This document shows positions 41,267 to 51,858 of a DNA stretch of 64,000 nucleotides, one piece after another. The notes beneath the pieces were generated by a model, which saw only the letters and a list, made by a program, of their open reading frames with translations, was not told where the DNA came from and made no database searches. The stretch's first letter is position 1, and every line of letters begins with the position of its first letter. The position numbers and the translations under genes are program-made. Origin of the DNA: an uncultured Gemmatimonadales bacterium (GTDB lineage Bacteria; Gemmatimonadota; Gemmatimonadetes; Longimicrobiales; Gaopeijiaceae); NCBI GenBank assembly GCA_963823035.1, contig CAWGKG010000013.1, positions 11,498-75,497 of the forward strand. The letters run 5' to 3'.

Positions 41267-42097
41267 ATGAAACTCCCCTTCGCGCTGGACCGGCCGCTGG
41301 TGTTCTTCGACCTGGAGACCACGGGTCTGCACATGAAGAACGACCGCATCGTCGAGCTGGCGCTCATCAAGATCACGCCCCAGGGCGACGTCCTGGAACG
41401 CGTGCGCCGCTTCAACCCGGGCATCCCCATCCCGGCCGAGGCGACGGCGGTGCACGGCATCTCCGACGCGGACGTGGCGGACGAGGCACCCTTCTGCGCC
41501 CGCGCCCGCGCGCTGCACGGCCTGCTCGACGGGTGCGACCTGGCCGGCTTCAACATCCGCCGCTTCGACCTCGGCATGCTCGTGGCGGAGTTCCAGCGCT
41601 GCGACATCCGCCTGGACCTCGAGGGTCGGCGGATCATCGACGTGCAGAACATCTTCCACCGCGAGGAGCCGCGCGACCTGAGCGCCGCCGCTCGCTTCTA
41701 CCTCGGCCGTGAGCACGAGGAGGCGCACACCGCGCTCGCCGACATCCGGACGTCGGCCGCCGTCCTGGTCGCACAGCTCGGCCGCTATCCGACGCTACCC
41801 CGTGACCTCGACGGGCTGCACGCGTACTGCGAGGAGTACGCCCCCATGCGGAGCGAGGTGGACCGCTGGTTCAGCAGCGAGGAGGACGGCCGTGTCTTCC
41901 GGCGCGGGAAGCACAAGGGGCGGCCGCTCGACGAGGTGGCCGCGAACGAGCCCGACTATCTGCACTGGATGACGGGGGCCGACGACATGGACGAGGAGGT
42001 GCTGCGCCTGGTGCGCGACGCGCTCGCCCGGCACGCGCCACCCCCGCCCCCCGACGTTCCCGAGGACGAACCCACTCCCGATCCCCTGGAGCCTTGA
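41267..42097 (+). CDS. DEDDh 3'-5' exonuclease (DnaQ/epsilon-like)
   Basis: FFDLETTG, GFNIRRFD, HTALAD; C-terminal FRRGKHKG...DYLHWM. Confidence 0.92.
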   Translation: MKLPFALDRPLVFFDLETTGLHMKNDRIVELALIKITPQGDVLERVRRFNPGIPIPAEATAVHGISDADVADEAPFCARARALHGLLDGCDLAGFNIRRFDLGMLVAEFQRCDIRLDLEGRRIIDVQNIFHREEPRDLSAAARFYLGREHEEAHTALADIRTSAAVLVAQLGRYPTLPRDLDGLHAYCEEYAPMRSEVDRWFSSEEDGRVFRRGKHKGRPLDEVAANEPDYLHWMTGADDMDEEVLRLVRDALARHAPPPPPDVPEDEPTPDPLEP

Positions 42098-45060
42098 TGA
42101 TCGACCCACGCACCCTCCGGCGCACGCTCTCCGTCCTTCTCGGCTGCGCGCTCGCGGTCCCGGCCCTGGGCGGAGCCCAGGCGCCCATCCGCACCGCGGA
42201 CATGGCGGAGCTGCACCCGCGCTCGATCGGGCCGGCCACCACCGGCGGGCGCATCCACGACGTGGAGGCCGTCCCCTCGGACCCCTCGACCCTGTGGGTG
42301 GCCACGGCCTCGGGCGGTCTGTGGAAGAGCACGAACCGCGGTCAACAGTGGACGAACGTCTTCGACACGATGGCGGTGAGCACCTTCGGCGACGTCGCGC
42401 TCGCGCCGTCCAACCCGGACATCGTCTACGCCGGCACGGGGGAGCAGAACAACCGGCAGAGCACCTCGTACGGGAACGGCGTCTACCGCTCCGACGACGG
42501 CGGCGCCACCTGGCGCCACCTCGGGCTCGCCGAGACCCGCCACGTCGGCCGCATCCAGGTGCACCCGACCAACCCGGACGTGGCCTGGGTCGCGGCGCTC
42601 GGCAACCTGTGGGCGCCCTCCGCCGAGCGGGGCGTCTTCCGCACGAAGGACGGCGGCCGCACGTGGCAGAAGGTGCTCTACGTCGACGAGAACACGGGCG
42701 CCGTCGACCTCGCGCTCGACCCGTCGCGCCCCGACGTCCTCTACGCCGCGATGTACCAGCGCCAACGCCGCACGTGGGGCTTCAACGGCGGCGGACCCGG
42801 CAGCGGCATCTACAAGACCACGAACGGCGGGGACAGTTGGAGCGAGCTCACGGACGGGCTCCCCACGGGGGACAAGGGCCGCATCGGCCTGGCGGTCGCC
42901 CGCTCCAACCCGCGCGTGGTGATGGCGCTGGTCGAGACGGCCGACCGCGACACGCAGGGGACGTACCGCTCGGAGGACGCGGGCTCGTCCTGGACACGCG
43001 TCAGCCCGTTGGACGGCCGCCCGATGTACTACTCGCACATCTTCATCGATCCGACCGACGCCAACCGCGTGTACACGCTGGCCACCAGCTCCTTCGTGAG
43101 CGACGACGGCGGACGCAACTGGACGGAGATCGGCGCCGCGCCCACCTACGATGTCGGCGTGCACTCCGACCACCACGCCCTCTGGATCGATCCCAACGAC
43201 CCGGACCACCTCTACCTCGGTGGGGACGGCGGCCTGTGGGAGACGTACGACCGCGGCGCCGCCTTCCGGAAGCTGAACAACTTCCCCGTCGGCCAGTTCT
43301 ACGACATCGCCTTCGACATGCGCGAACCGTACTGGGTGTACGGCGGCCTGCAGGACAACCACTCCTTCATGGGCCCGTCGCGGACCCGCCGGTGGGCGGG
43401 CATCCTCAACGACGACTGGATGGAGAGCGGCTTCAGCGACGGGATGGCGTGGGAGGCCGATCCACGCGACGCGCACTTCACCTACGGCAGCTCGAGCGGG
43501 GGCAACTTCTTCCGCTACGACGCCTACACCGGGGACATCCTGGACATCAACCCCGTTCCGCCCGAAGGGGAGGAGTACCGCTTCGACTGGGCCGCGCCGT
43601 CGCGCCTCTCGCAGCACGACCCGGACGTCTTCTACATCGCCGGCAACCGTCTCTTCACCTCACGCGACCGCGGCGAGACGTGGGAGCGCACGGAGGACCT
43701 GAGCCGGCAGGTCGACCGCGAGGGTCTCGACATCATGGGGGTGGCGGGACGCGACATCACGATCTCGAAGAACGACGGCACCAGCAGCTACGGCGAGGCC
43801 ACCACGATCGGGGAGTCGCCGCTCGATCCGGCCATCCTCTGGGTGGGCTTCGACGACGGCAACCTCCAGGTCAGCCGCGACGGCGGCGGTAGCTGGACGG
43901 AGGTCTCGCACAACGTGAGCGGCGTGCCGGACGGCACCTACGTCAGCCGCGTGATCGGCTCGGCGGAGGCGCCCGGCGTGGCCTGGGCCACCTTCGACGC
44001 CCACCGCGACGGCGACTTCAGGCCCTACGTCTTCCGCACCACCGACTTCGGCGCCACGTGGACGTCGATGGGCACCGGCCTTCCCGAGCTGGGCTCCGTG
44101 AACGTGATCGTCGAGCACCCGGACGACCCCGACGTCCTCTTCCTCGGGACCGAGCACCACGCCTTCGCCAGCACGGACGGCGGCGCCACCTGGGCGCGCA
44201 TCCCCAACCTCCCGACCACCGCGTACGACGACATCCTCGTCCATCCGCGCGAGAAGGACGTGATCTTCGGGACGCACGGCAGGAGCATCTGGATCCTCGA
44301 CGACAGCCGCCCGCTCGCCGAGTGGAGCGACGCCTCCGGCGCGGCCTTCCTCTTCCCGGTGCGGGCCACCACGCTCTTCCAGTACAAGAAGGACACCTCG
44401 TACCGCGGCAACGCGGACTTCATCGGCGACAATCCCGACGAGGGCGCCCTGGTCACGTACAGGCTGGGTGCGGGCTCCGGCGACGCCACGCTCCGCGTCA
44501 CCCGCGCCGACGGCACGGTGGTGCGCACCCTGCAGGTGCCCGGCAGCCCCGGTGTCCACCGCGTGAACTGGGACCTGCGTCACGCCGTCCCGGGGCGCCC
44601 CGACGTCTGGGAGCGCTTCGACGACCCGGAGCTCGCACACACGCTGGCGCAGCGCGGCCCGCTGGTGTCCCCCGGGCAGTACACGCTCACGCTGGAGGCG
44701 CGCGGTACGGAGTCCAGCCGGCCGCTCGAGGTCCGTCCGGATCCCGAGATGCCGATCTCGATCGCCGAGTATCGGGCGCGGGAGCGCTTCCTGGTCGATC
44801 TGCTCGAACTGAGCGGACAGGTCACGGAGACCATGCGGGCCATGGGGGTCACGGGCGGCGGCTTCGGCTTCGGCCGCCCGTCCGGGCCGCCGGACAGCCC
44901 TGAGAACCGGATCCGTGCGGTGGCCCGCACGATCAACGGCGTCTACTCGTCGCTCAACGGTGCGCAGGTGCGCGAGGGGTCGCTCTATCCGCCCACGCAG
45001 TCGATGCGGGACGCGGTAGCCGCGGCCAGGCGGGAGCTGGAGGCGCTGCGGTCCCGCTAG
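42097..45060 (+). CDS. Secreted VPS10/sortilin-like BNR-repeat beta-propeller protein
   Basis: Many SxDGGxTW Asp-box repeats; RSIGPATTGGRI N-terminus. Confidence 0.88.
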   Translation: MIDPRTLRRTLSVLLGCALAVPALGGAQAPIRTADMAELHPRSIGPATTGGRIHDVEAVPSDPSTLWVATASGGLWKSTNRGQQWTNVFDTMAVSTFGDVALAPSNPDIVYAGTGEQNNRQSTSYGNGVYRSDDGGATWRHLGLAETRHVGRIQVHPTNPDVAWVAALGNLWAPSAERGVFRTKDGGRTWQKVLYVDENTGAVDLALDPSRPDVLYAAMYQRQRRTWGFNGGGPGSGIYKTTNGGDSWSELTDGLPTGDKGRIGLAVARSNPRVVMALVETADRDTQGTYRSEDAGSSWTRVSPLDGRPMYYSHIFIDPTDANRVYTLATSSFVSDDGGRNWTEIGAAPTYDVGVHSDHHALWIDPNDPDHLYLGGDGGLWETYDRGAAFRKLNNFPVGQFYDIAFDMREPYWVYGGLQDNHSFMGPSRTRRWAGILNDDWMESGFSDGMAWEADPRDAHFTYGSSSGGNFFRYDAYTGDILDINPVPPEGEEYRFDWAAPSRLSQHDPDVFYIAGNRLFTSRDRGETWERTEDLSRQVDREGLDIMGVAGRDITISKNDGTSSYGEATTIGESPLDPAILWVGFDDGNLQVSRDGGGSWTEVSHNVSGVPDGTYVSRVIGSAEAPGVAWATFDAHRDGDFRPYVFRTTDFGATWTSMGTGLPELGSVNVIVEHPDDPDVLFLGTEHHAFASTDGGATWARIPNLPTTAYDDILVHPREKDVIFGTHGRSIWILDDSRPLAEWSDASGAAFLFPVRATTLFQYKKDTSYRGNADFIGDNPDEGALVTYRLGAGSGDATLRVTRADGTVVRTLQVPGSPGVHRVNWDLRHAVPGRPDVWERFDDPELAHTLAQRGPLVSPGQYTLTLEARGTESSRPLEVRPDPEMPISIAEYRARERFLVDLLELSGQVTETMRAMGVTGGGFGFGRPSGPPDSPENRIRAVARTINGVYSSLNGAQVREGSLYPPTQSMRDAVAAARRELEALRSR

Positions 45061-45091
45061 AACAGGCAGACCGCTCGGGCTCCTCCGGCCG

Positions 45092-45577
45092 TTAGCGGAA
45101 GATCCCGAGCGGCACGGAGAAGATCGTGATCACCGCGTTGTCGATGCCGGAGCCCGGCTTGTCCGGGCCCGACTGGTTGGCGGCCGAGACCACCGCCCAG
45201 GTGCCGCTCGCGGCGGCAACGACTGCACCCACCGCGACCACCGTCCGCCACGTGCTCAGCGTGCGCGTCTCGAGGGAGACGAGGTCCCCGAACGGGATCT
45301 GCACGCGGTTGTGCAGGACTTCATTGGAGCCGCTCCCACCCGCACCGTAGATCGGCACTTCCATCATCAGGTATCCCGCCGTGCGCTCGATCAGCTTCCC
45401 CGTGACCGTCGGGGTGACGTTGCGCAGCGCCGGCTCCAGCTCCGCGGCCTTCTCAGGCGATACGGTGGCGCGAACGCGCGTGTCGAGCATCGCGTCCGCC
45501 GGCCGAACCGAACGGTACTCGTAGCAGCCTGCGGCGCCGAGCAGCGCCGTCATGAGAATCGCACGCGTCCAACGCAT
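45092..45577 (-). CDS. Hypothetical lipoprotein downstream of susD
   Basis: GGAGG-9nt-ATG; lipobox LLGAAGC. Confidence 0.75.
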   Translation of the reverse strand: MRWTRAILMTALLGAAGCYEYRSVRPADAMLDTRVRATVSPEKAAELEPALRNVTPTVTGKLIERTAGYLMMEVPIYGAGGSGSNEVLHNRVQIPFGDLVSLETRTLSTWRTVVAVGAVVAAASGTWAVVSAANQSGPDKPGSGIDNAVITIFSVPLGIFR

Positions 45578-45606
45578 CCGAGCCATCCTCCGGTGAAGCA
45601 CCCATG

Positions 45607-45640
45607 AAAACGAAGCAGGGGCGGCCGAAGCCGCCCCTGC
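45607..45640 (-). terminator. Intrinsic terminator after susCD
   Basis: GCAGGGGCGGC-UUCG-GCCGCCCCUGC followed by UUCGUUUU. Confidence 0.8.
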
Positions 45641-45671
45641 CGTCCAGCCTCGGTGCGCGGTATACCCCGGA

Positions 45672-46892
45672 TCAGCCCCGGAAGTTGTGGTTGGCCAGCT
45701 TCTCGGCCTCGCTGATCGGAATGCACGTCGCACGACCGTTGAGCGTGTCGTCGTGCGCCGCACCCGTCTCCGCGTACCAACGGCGCAGATCCTCCAGGCG
45801 CCGTCCCTCGAGCCACAGCGTCGCGCCGCGCTCGAAGCGGAGGTCCGCCCACGCGCCCGTCATGTCCGCGGCCGCGGTGAGCGGGTCCATGCCGTACACG
45901 GCGCGGGCCTGGTTCATGAACCCGTACGCCGCGGTCATGTCGTTCGACCGCAGCGCGGCCTCGGCACGCACGAGGAGCATCTCCGTGCCCTTGGAAAGGG
46001 CGACGTCGCTCCCGTTCTCCTCGTACTTCTGCTGCTGGTACATCGGCGTCGAGCCGTTCGCCCCGTTCGCCACGGTGCCGTCGTTGTTCCTGGCGATCAC
46101 CCACGGCGCCCGCGGGTCGTCGGGATGGGCTTCCATATACGTCCCGTAGACCGTGTACTCGTACCGGTTGTGGGTCTCGTAGGTCAGGATGTTGCCCAGC
46201 TCGATGTCGATCTCGGCGTTGAACACGAAGTCCGCCGGGACCTTGGCGGCATCCGCATCGGCGGCGCTCCAGTTACCCATGAGCACCTCCGCCTGGGCAC
46301 GACCGGCGTACGCGGCGTTCACGAGGTCCGTGTTGCCGGCGGCCTGCGCGACCGGGATCGCGCTCGTGAACTGATCCACCGCGCGCTGATAGTGGTCCGT
46401 ATTCGGGATCTCCGGGCCACCGTCGATCACGCTCGAGCACCAGTTCCCACCGAGGATCCGGTTCGCGTACCCGCCGTACACGTAGTCGCGGGCCACGAAC
46501 GCGCTCTTCGAGAACTCCGCGGGCTCCAGCAGGGCCTCGATCTTCGTGATACCGTTCTCGGACACCCAGCGAGCCTGCTGCGTGCTGTTCCAGCTTCCGC
46601 TCACCCCCGGGTCGTCGTCGTTGATGACGCCGCGTGGGATGTCGGCCCAGTCGTAGCTGCCTCCGTGGTAGAGCTCCTCGGAGGCGAGCGCGAGGATCTC
46701 GAGGTTCGCGCGAACCGCCTGGCTCAGGTCGTACTTCATCCCCGTGACCATCCCGGGGATCGCGTCCTTCGTTCCCAGGTCGGCGTCCGAGATCCGCCCG
46801 GGACTCTCCACCTGCAGGAGGTCCGAGCACGCCCCGGAGCCCACCAGGGCGGCCAGGGCGACGATCCGGAACGCCTTCGTCTTGTTCAGCAT
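45672..46892 (-). CDS. RagB/SusD-family lipoprotein
   Basis: Lipobox SGAC; EMLLVRAEAA, ERGATLWLEGRRLEDLRR. Confidence 0.9.
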   Translation of the reverse strand: MLNKTKAFRIVALAALVGSGACSDLLQVESPGRISDADLGTKDAIPGMVTGMKYDLSQAVRANLEILALASEELYHGGSYDWADIPRGVINDDDPGVSGSWNSTQQARWVSENGITKIEALLEPAEFSKSAFVARDYVYGGYANRILGGNWCSSVIDGGPEIPNTDHYQRAVDQFTSAIPVAQAAGNTDLVNAAYAGRAQAEVLMGNWSAADADAAKVPADFVFNAEIDIELGNILTYETHNRYEYTVYGTYMEAHPDDPRAPWVIARNNDGTVANGANGSTPMYQQQKYEENGSDVALSKGTEMLLVRAEAALRSNDMTAAYGFMNQARAVYGMDPLTAAADMTGAWADLRFERGATLWLEGRRLEDLRRWYAETGAAHDDTLNGRATCIPISEAEKLANHNFRG

Positions 46893-46906
46893 TGGATTCG
46901 CCTCCC

Positions 46907-49900
46907 TTACCAGCTTACGCGGATGGACAGGGTGTACGTGCGCGGGTTCGGAATCTGGTAGTAGTCCCGTCGTCCGAACTCGCCACCGCCGAGCTGGTTG
47001 CCCGTGGCGTCGGCGAAGTCCTGCACCTCCGGGTCCGTCCCCGTGTAGTCCGTGATCGTGAGCAGATTACGCGCGGCCAACGTGACCGTCGCGTTCCGCC
47101 CCCAGTTCAGCAGCGACTCGGGGAGGTCGTAGGACAGGGTGACCGAGCGCAGGCGCCAGAAGTCCGCCTTCTCGATCCACCAGTCGGAGTCGTACCCGTA
47201 CCCATTGTTGATCGTGCTGCTCGCCGTCTTGATCGAGCAGCGCGCCCGCTCGAGCGCGGTCACGTCGTTGAGCGCCGTGGCGTCACCGCGCCGGGCCGCG
47301 ATCATCTTGTCCTGGATGTCGAAGCAGGGGAACCAGGACCCGCGCCGCGCATTCTGGTAGCCGGTGTAGTTCGGCAGGAAGTGCCCGAACTGGCCTTCCA
47401 TCAGAGCGTCCACGTGCAGGCTGCTCCCGATGTCGATCGTCGTGCCCAGCCCGATCAGCTTGGTCGGGTACGTGGGCCCGATCGTCGTGTCGTCCACGAT
47501 CACCGGATCCGCGAACGCATCCGGGTTCATGATCTTCTGCGCCCGGAGGACGGGGATCTGCTCACCCTCACAGATGTTCGAGTACAGCCCGACGTAGATG
47601 CAGCTCGTGGGGTCGATCGCCGGGTCCTCGTCGACCTGGATCGCCTTCGAGTGCATGAACGACAGGTTCGCCCGCGCCCGCCACTCGATGCTGCTCGCAC
47701 GCAGCAGAGCGGCGCTGAGCTGGAACTCGTATCCGCTGTTCTGCGTCTCGCCGACGTTCTCGAGCCGGTTGCTCAGGAAGCCTTCCGACGACGGCAGGTC
47801 GATGAACACGAGCGCGTCCGACGTCGTGGCCTTGTAGTGCGTGGCCTCGATGCCGATGCGGCCGTCGAAGGCCGACATGTCGAAGCCGAACTCGGTCTCG
47901 CGCGTCCGCTCCGGACCGACGTCCGCATTGCCCGGAGAGCCCGGCGTGAAGCCCGGCTCGCCCTCGAGGCCGACGCCGCTCCACGTGCGCAGGCCGGCGA
48001 ACGGCGTCGGCGCCTTGCCGGACTCGCCCACCGCCGCGCGCAGCTTGAACGTCTCGAACGTGTTGGAAGGGAACCAATCGTAGTCCGACAGGACCCACGA
48101 CGCGCTCACCTTCGGGTACTTCTGCAGACCGAAGTTGTCACCGAAGGCGCTGTTGCCGTCGACGCGCAGCCCGGCCGTGAGGAACAGTCGGTCCTGCCAG
48201 CCGATCAGCTCCTGGAAGAAGAAACCGGCGCTCGACTGCGCGATGTTCGTCTCCGAGCGGTACGTGATCTCGGCGCCCGATTCGATCGTCGGACGGCCCG
48301 GTCCCGCGAACTTCTCGACGTCCCACTCCGTCCACCGGTGCTTGTCCTTGAACACCTGGCCGCCCCACGAGAACGTCGAGGCGATGTCCGCACCGAAGTT
48401 GTTCTGGTACGAGCCGGCGTAGTCGAGCGAGAGCTTGGTGTGCCGCGTGTTCTCGTCCCAGAAGTAGCCGGCCGGCGTGTACAGGCTTCCGAACGGACGG
48501 GTCGTCTCACCCTTCAGCGCGAGATAGTCCCACCCCACGGAGAAGCGGTTGGAGACCGCCTCGGTCGGATTCCATTGCGTCGTGAAGCCGGTGATGAAGT
48601 GGTCCGTCTGCGAGTACAGCTGCGTCTCGAACAGGTACCCGTTCGTGATGCACGTCCTCGGATTGCCGTCCGGGCCGGTCGAGATGTTGTCGCAGTCCGT
48701 GCCCTTGCCGCCCTTCAGGTAGTTCTGCGCGCCGCGGCCCACGTTGAGCAGGAAGCCGTCGGCGTTGTTCCCGTCCTCGACCCAGCGGCTGTTGCGGCGC
48801 GTGTAGGCCGAGTTGAGCGCGAAGGTCAGGTTCTCCATCGGCGTGAAGCCGAAGTTGCCCCGGAAACCTCCGTCCTTGGACTCCGACGTGGGCAGCGTGC
48901 CGTTCACGTCGTTGTAGTTGCCCGACAGGTAGTACGTGACATCCCCGACTCCGCCACGCACGCCGAGGCTGTAGTTGCCGACCGCACCGAGGTGCTGCCA
49001 CGTCCCGTCCGACGGACAGGTCGGGTCCTGCATGTAGATCTTGTTGCCGAGCTTGTCGCTGGTCTCGGAGACCTGGAGGTTCAGTGAGTAGAGATTGTCC
49101 AGGTTCCCGCACTTCGTGTACAGGTCGGTCGGGTCCTGGTCGGGGTTCGCCAGGAACGACGTCTGCTGGTTGAAGCCCTGGCTGATCTCCGCCGTCCAGA
49201 TCGGCGCGCCGCTGATGCCGCGCTTCGTGAAGATCTGGATCACGCCGGCCGACGCCTCGGTGCCGTAGAGCGTGGTTGCCGCCGCTCCCTTGATGACCTC
49301 GATCCGCTCGATGTCCTTGGCGGAGATGTCCTGCAGCGGCGTCGTGGCCGCCCGGGCACCCCAGTTGGCGCGCGACGGCTCGTTGTAGATGCGCACGCCG
49401 TCCACGTAGATGAGCGGCTGCATCGTCTGCGAGATCGTGTTGATACCGCGGATCTTCACCGTGCTACCGCCGCCCGGCTGTCCGCTGTTGGTCATGACGG
49501 TGACGCCGGGAGCGCGGCCCGACAGGATGTCCTCGGTGTTCTTGAGGACCGGGATGTTCTCGATCTCCCGTGAGGTCACGCCGTCGACGCTGTTGCCGAC
49601 CTCCTTGGCGCGCACCTCCGCCGCCGTTCCCGTGACGACGATCTCGTCCAGGGCGAGGGCGGTCTCGTCGAGCTGGAAGTCCGCGTTCACGACCTGGCCC
49701 GCCGCGACCGTGACCTGCTGGCGCGCCGTGCCGTAGCCGATGAGGGTCACGCGGACCTGATAGCTGCCGGCGGGGACGTTCAACAGCAGGAACCTCCCCT
49801 GGGCGTTGGCCAATCCGCCCATGCCCGTGCCCTCGATCGACACCTGCGCGCCTTCGAGGGGGCGCATACTCTGGCCGGAAATCACCTGGCCGGTGATCCG

Positions 49901-50002
49901 CCCGGTCTCCTGGGCGGCTGCGGTCTGCACGTGGAGCGCCGCGAACAGCGCCAGCGTACAGACCCAACCTGCCAACCTGCGTGCTGTGGCGTGTGGTCCC
50001 AT
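46907..50002 (-). CDS. SusC/RagA-family TonB-dependent transporter
   Basis: Signal, carboxypeptidase-regulatory-like domain, LDEIVVTG, plug PLIYVDGV/IERIEVIKGAAATTLYG, barrel ending YTLSIRVSW. Confidence 0.93.
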   Translation of the reverse strand: MGPHATARRLAGWVCTLALFAALHVQTAAAQETGRITGQVISGQSMRPLEGAQVSIEGTGMGGLANAQGRFLLLNVPAGSYQVRVTLIGYGTARQQVTVAAGQVVNADFQLDETALALDEIVVTGTAAEVRAKEVGNSVDGVTSREIENIPVLKNTEDILSGRAPGVTVMTNSGQPGGGSTVKIRGINTISQTMQPLIYVDGVRIYNEPSRANWGARAATTPLQDISAKDIERIEVIKGAAATTLYGTEASAGVIQIFTKRGISGAPIWTAEISQGFNQQTSFLANPDQDPTDLYTKCGNLDNLYSLNLQVSETSDKLGNKIYMQDPTCPSDGTWQHLGAVGNYSLGVRGGVGDVTYYLSGNYNDVNGTLPTSESKDGGFRGNFGFTPMENLTFALNSAYTRRNSRWVEDGNNADGFLLNVGRGAQNYLKGGKGTDCDNISTGPDGNPRTCITNGYLFETQLYSQTDHFITGFTTQWNPTEAVSNRFSVGWDYLALKGETTRPFGSLYTPAGYFWDENTRHTKLSLDYAGSYQNNFGADIASTFSWGGQVFKDKHRWTEWDVEKFAGPGRPTIESGAEITYRSETNIAQSSAGFFFQELIGWQDRLFLTAGLRVDGNSAFGDNFGLQKYPKVSASWVLSDYDWFPSNTFETFKLRAAVGESGKAPTPFAGLRTWSGVGLEGEPGFTPGSPGNADVGPERTRETEFGFDMSAFDGRIGIEATHYKATTSDALVFIDLPSSEGFLSNRLENVGETQNSGYEFQLSAALLRASSIEWRARANLSFMHSKAIQVDEDPAIDPTSCIYVGLYSNICEGEQIPVLRAQKIMNPDAFADPVIVDDTTIGPTYPTKLIGLGTTIDIGSSLHVDALMEGQFGHFLPNYTGYQNARRGSWFPCFDIQDKMIAARRGDATALNDVTALERARCSIKTASSTINNGYGYDSDWWIEKADFWRLRSVTLSYDLPESLLNWGRNATVTLAARNLLTITDYTGTDPEVQDFADATGNQLGGGEFGRRDYYQIPNPRTYTLSIRVSW

Positions 50003-50136
50003 CGTCTTGCCTCCGTCTCCGAGTGAGCAGGAGAATCCGGCTCTCGCCGGCTCTCCCCCCGGTAGGGGCGTTCCACGCATACGGAAAGGACCACGGGCCA
50101 TCGAGCGACCCTCCGGGCGGGCTGCTCCCCGTGAAC

Positions 50137-50199
50137 ATGTCCTGGACATAGAACGCCATTGTATCGGGCCAGCGTACCTCGCGGACGGGCCCCCGTCAA
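50137..50199 (-). promoter_or_regulatory. Sigma70-type promoter of susCD with downstream palindrome
   Basis: TTGACG-17nt-TACGCT (50199-50171); ATGTCC-N-GGACAT at 50137-50149. Confidence 0.55.
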
Positions 50200-50297
50200 G
50201 CGATTCGAGGTGTCGTGAGCGGTCGCCGCGGGCCGTATCGGAAGGCGCCAGAGGGCCCCCATTGCCCTCCGCGGACCCCGGCTTACCTTTGCAGCCC

Positions 50298-51846
50298 ATG
50301 GCCCCAACCACCTCGCCACCCTCCGTTCGGGCCCTCGCGCTGCCGGGCGCGCTCGCGGCCGTCCTCCTCGCTTCCGGGGTCCTGCTCCTGCGGCTCAACC
50401 CCGCGCTGGGCGGGTCCTTCCTGGGAGCGGGAGGCGTCCTCGCGCTGTGGGGCGTCGCCCTCTACCTCTCCGCCCGTCGCTCCGGGCGACGGCTGACGCT
50501 GGAAACGTCGGTACGCAAGCAGCACTGGATCCAGGCATGCGCCCAGGTGGCCGTGTTCGTCTACTGGGGCTGGCACACCCCGATCGTCACCGCGTACGTC
50601 CCGCTCATCCTGGCCCAGATCGTCTTCGCGTACGGCGTCGACGCCCTCCTGGCCTGGTCGCGCCGCACCACCTACGTCCTGGGCTTCGGGCCGATCCCCA
50701 TCATCCTGAGCATCAACCTGTTCCTCTGGTTCAGACCGGAGTGGTTCTACTGGCAGTTCGCGATGATCCCGGTCGGATACCTCGCCAAGGAGCTCATCCG
50801 ATGGGAGAAGGACGGGCGCTCCGCGCACATCTTCAACCCGTCCTCCTTTCCGCTGGCCGTGTTCTCGATCGCGCTCATCCTCACGGGCAGCTCGGACATC
50901 ACGCTGGGCAGGGCGATCGCCAACACGCAGTCCGACCCGTCCTTCATCTACCTGGTGATCTTCCTGACCGCGCTGCCCGGCCAGCTCCTGTTCGGCGTGG
51001 CCCGCATGACGCTGGCGGCCGTGGTCACCCTGTACGGCATCAGCCTCGCGTACCTCGCCGCGACCGGCACCTACCTCTTCTTCGACTCGTACATCCCCCT
51101 CCCGGTCTTCCTGGGGATGCACCTCCTCTTCACCGACCCCTCCACCGCCCCGCGCACCGAGCTGGGCCGCATCCTCTTCGGCGTCATGTACGCCGTGGGC
51201 TCCGCGACGCTCTTCGTGATCCTGAGCCACGCGGGGATTCCGACGTTCTACGACAAGCTGTTGCCCGTGCCGCTCATGAACCTGCTGGTGCGGGCCATCG
51301 ATCGTCTGGTGCAGGGCCCGGCCCCTCGCAGTCCTCGATCCGGCTCGCCTCGGCACGTCGCTGACACCGGCGCAGCGCAACGTCGCCTACACGGGCATCT
51401 GGACGTGCGTCTTCCTGGGGATGAGCGCCGTGCAGGGTGTCGGGGACAAGCACCCCGGGCAGTACCTGCCGTTCTGGCAGAACGCGTGCGAGGCCGGAAG
51501 CGAGCGGGCGTGCGGCTACCTGTCGTACATGACCCTCTCGTACTGCAAGAACGGGTCGGGATGGGCGTGCAACGAGGTGGGGATCCAGGAGTCGGCCCGG
51601 GGCGGATCCGCCGGCGAGGCCTTCGAGCGGGCGTGCGACCTCGGCTTCGACCCCGCGTGCGAGAACATGCGCCGCGCGGCGGGCGACGGCGCGGCGTGGG
51701 CACGCGCCGCGCCGGCCCTGGCGGACCTGCCGATCGTGCTACGGGGCACCAAGCCGATCCTGGAGGAGCGATCGCCGGAGAGGCTCTACGCGCTGGCGTG
51801 CGCCCAGGGGTGGCCGAACACCTGCGGCACGCCGCCGGCGATGTAG
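50298..51846 (+). CDS. RnfD/NqrB-like polytopic membrane protein with Cys-rich Sel1-like C-terminus (frameshift near 51330)
   Basis: AHIFNPSSF and LLFTDPSTAP motifs; C-terminal ACEAGSERAC, CKNGSGWAC, ACDLGFDPAC, ACAQGWPNTC. Confidence 0.7.
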
Positions 51847-51858
51847 CCCCACCTGGCT

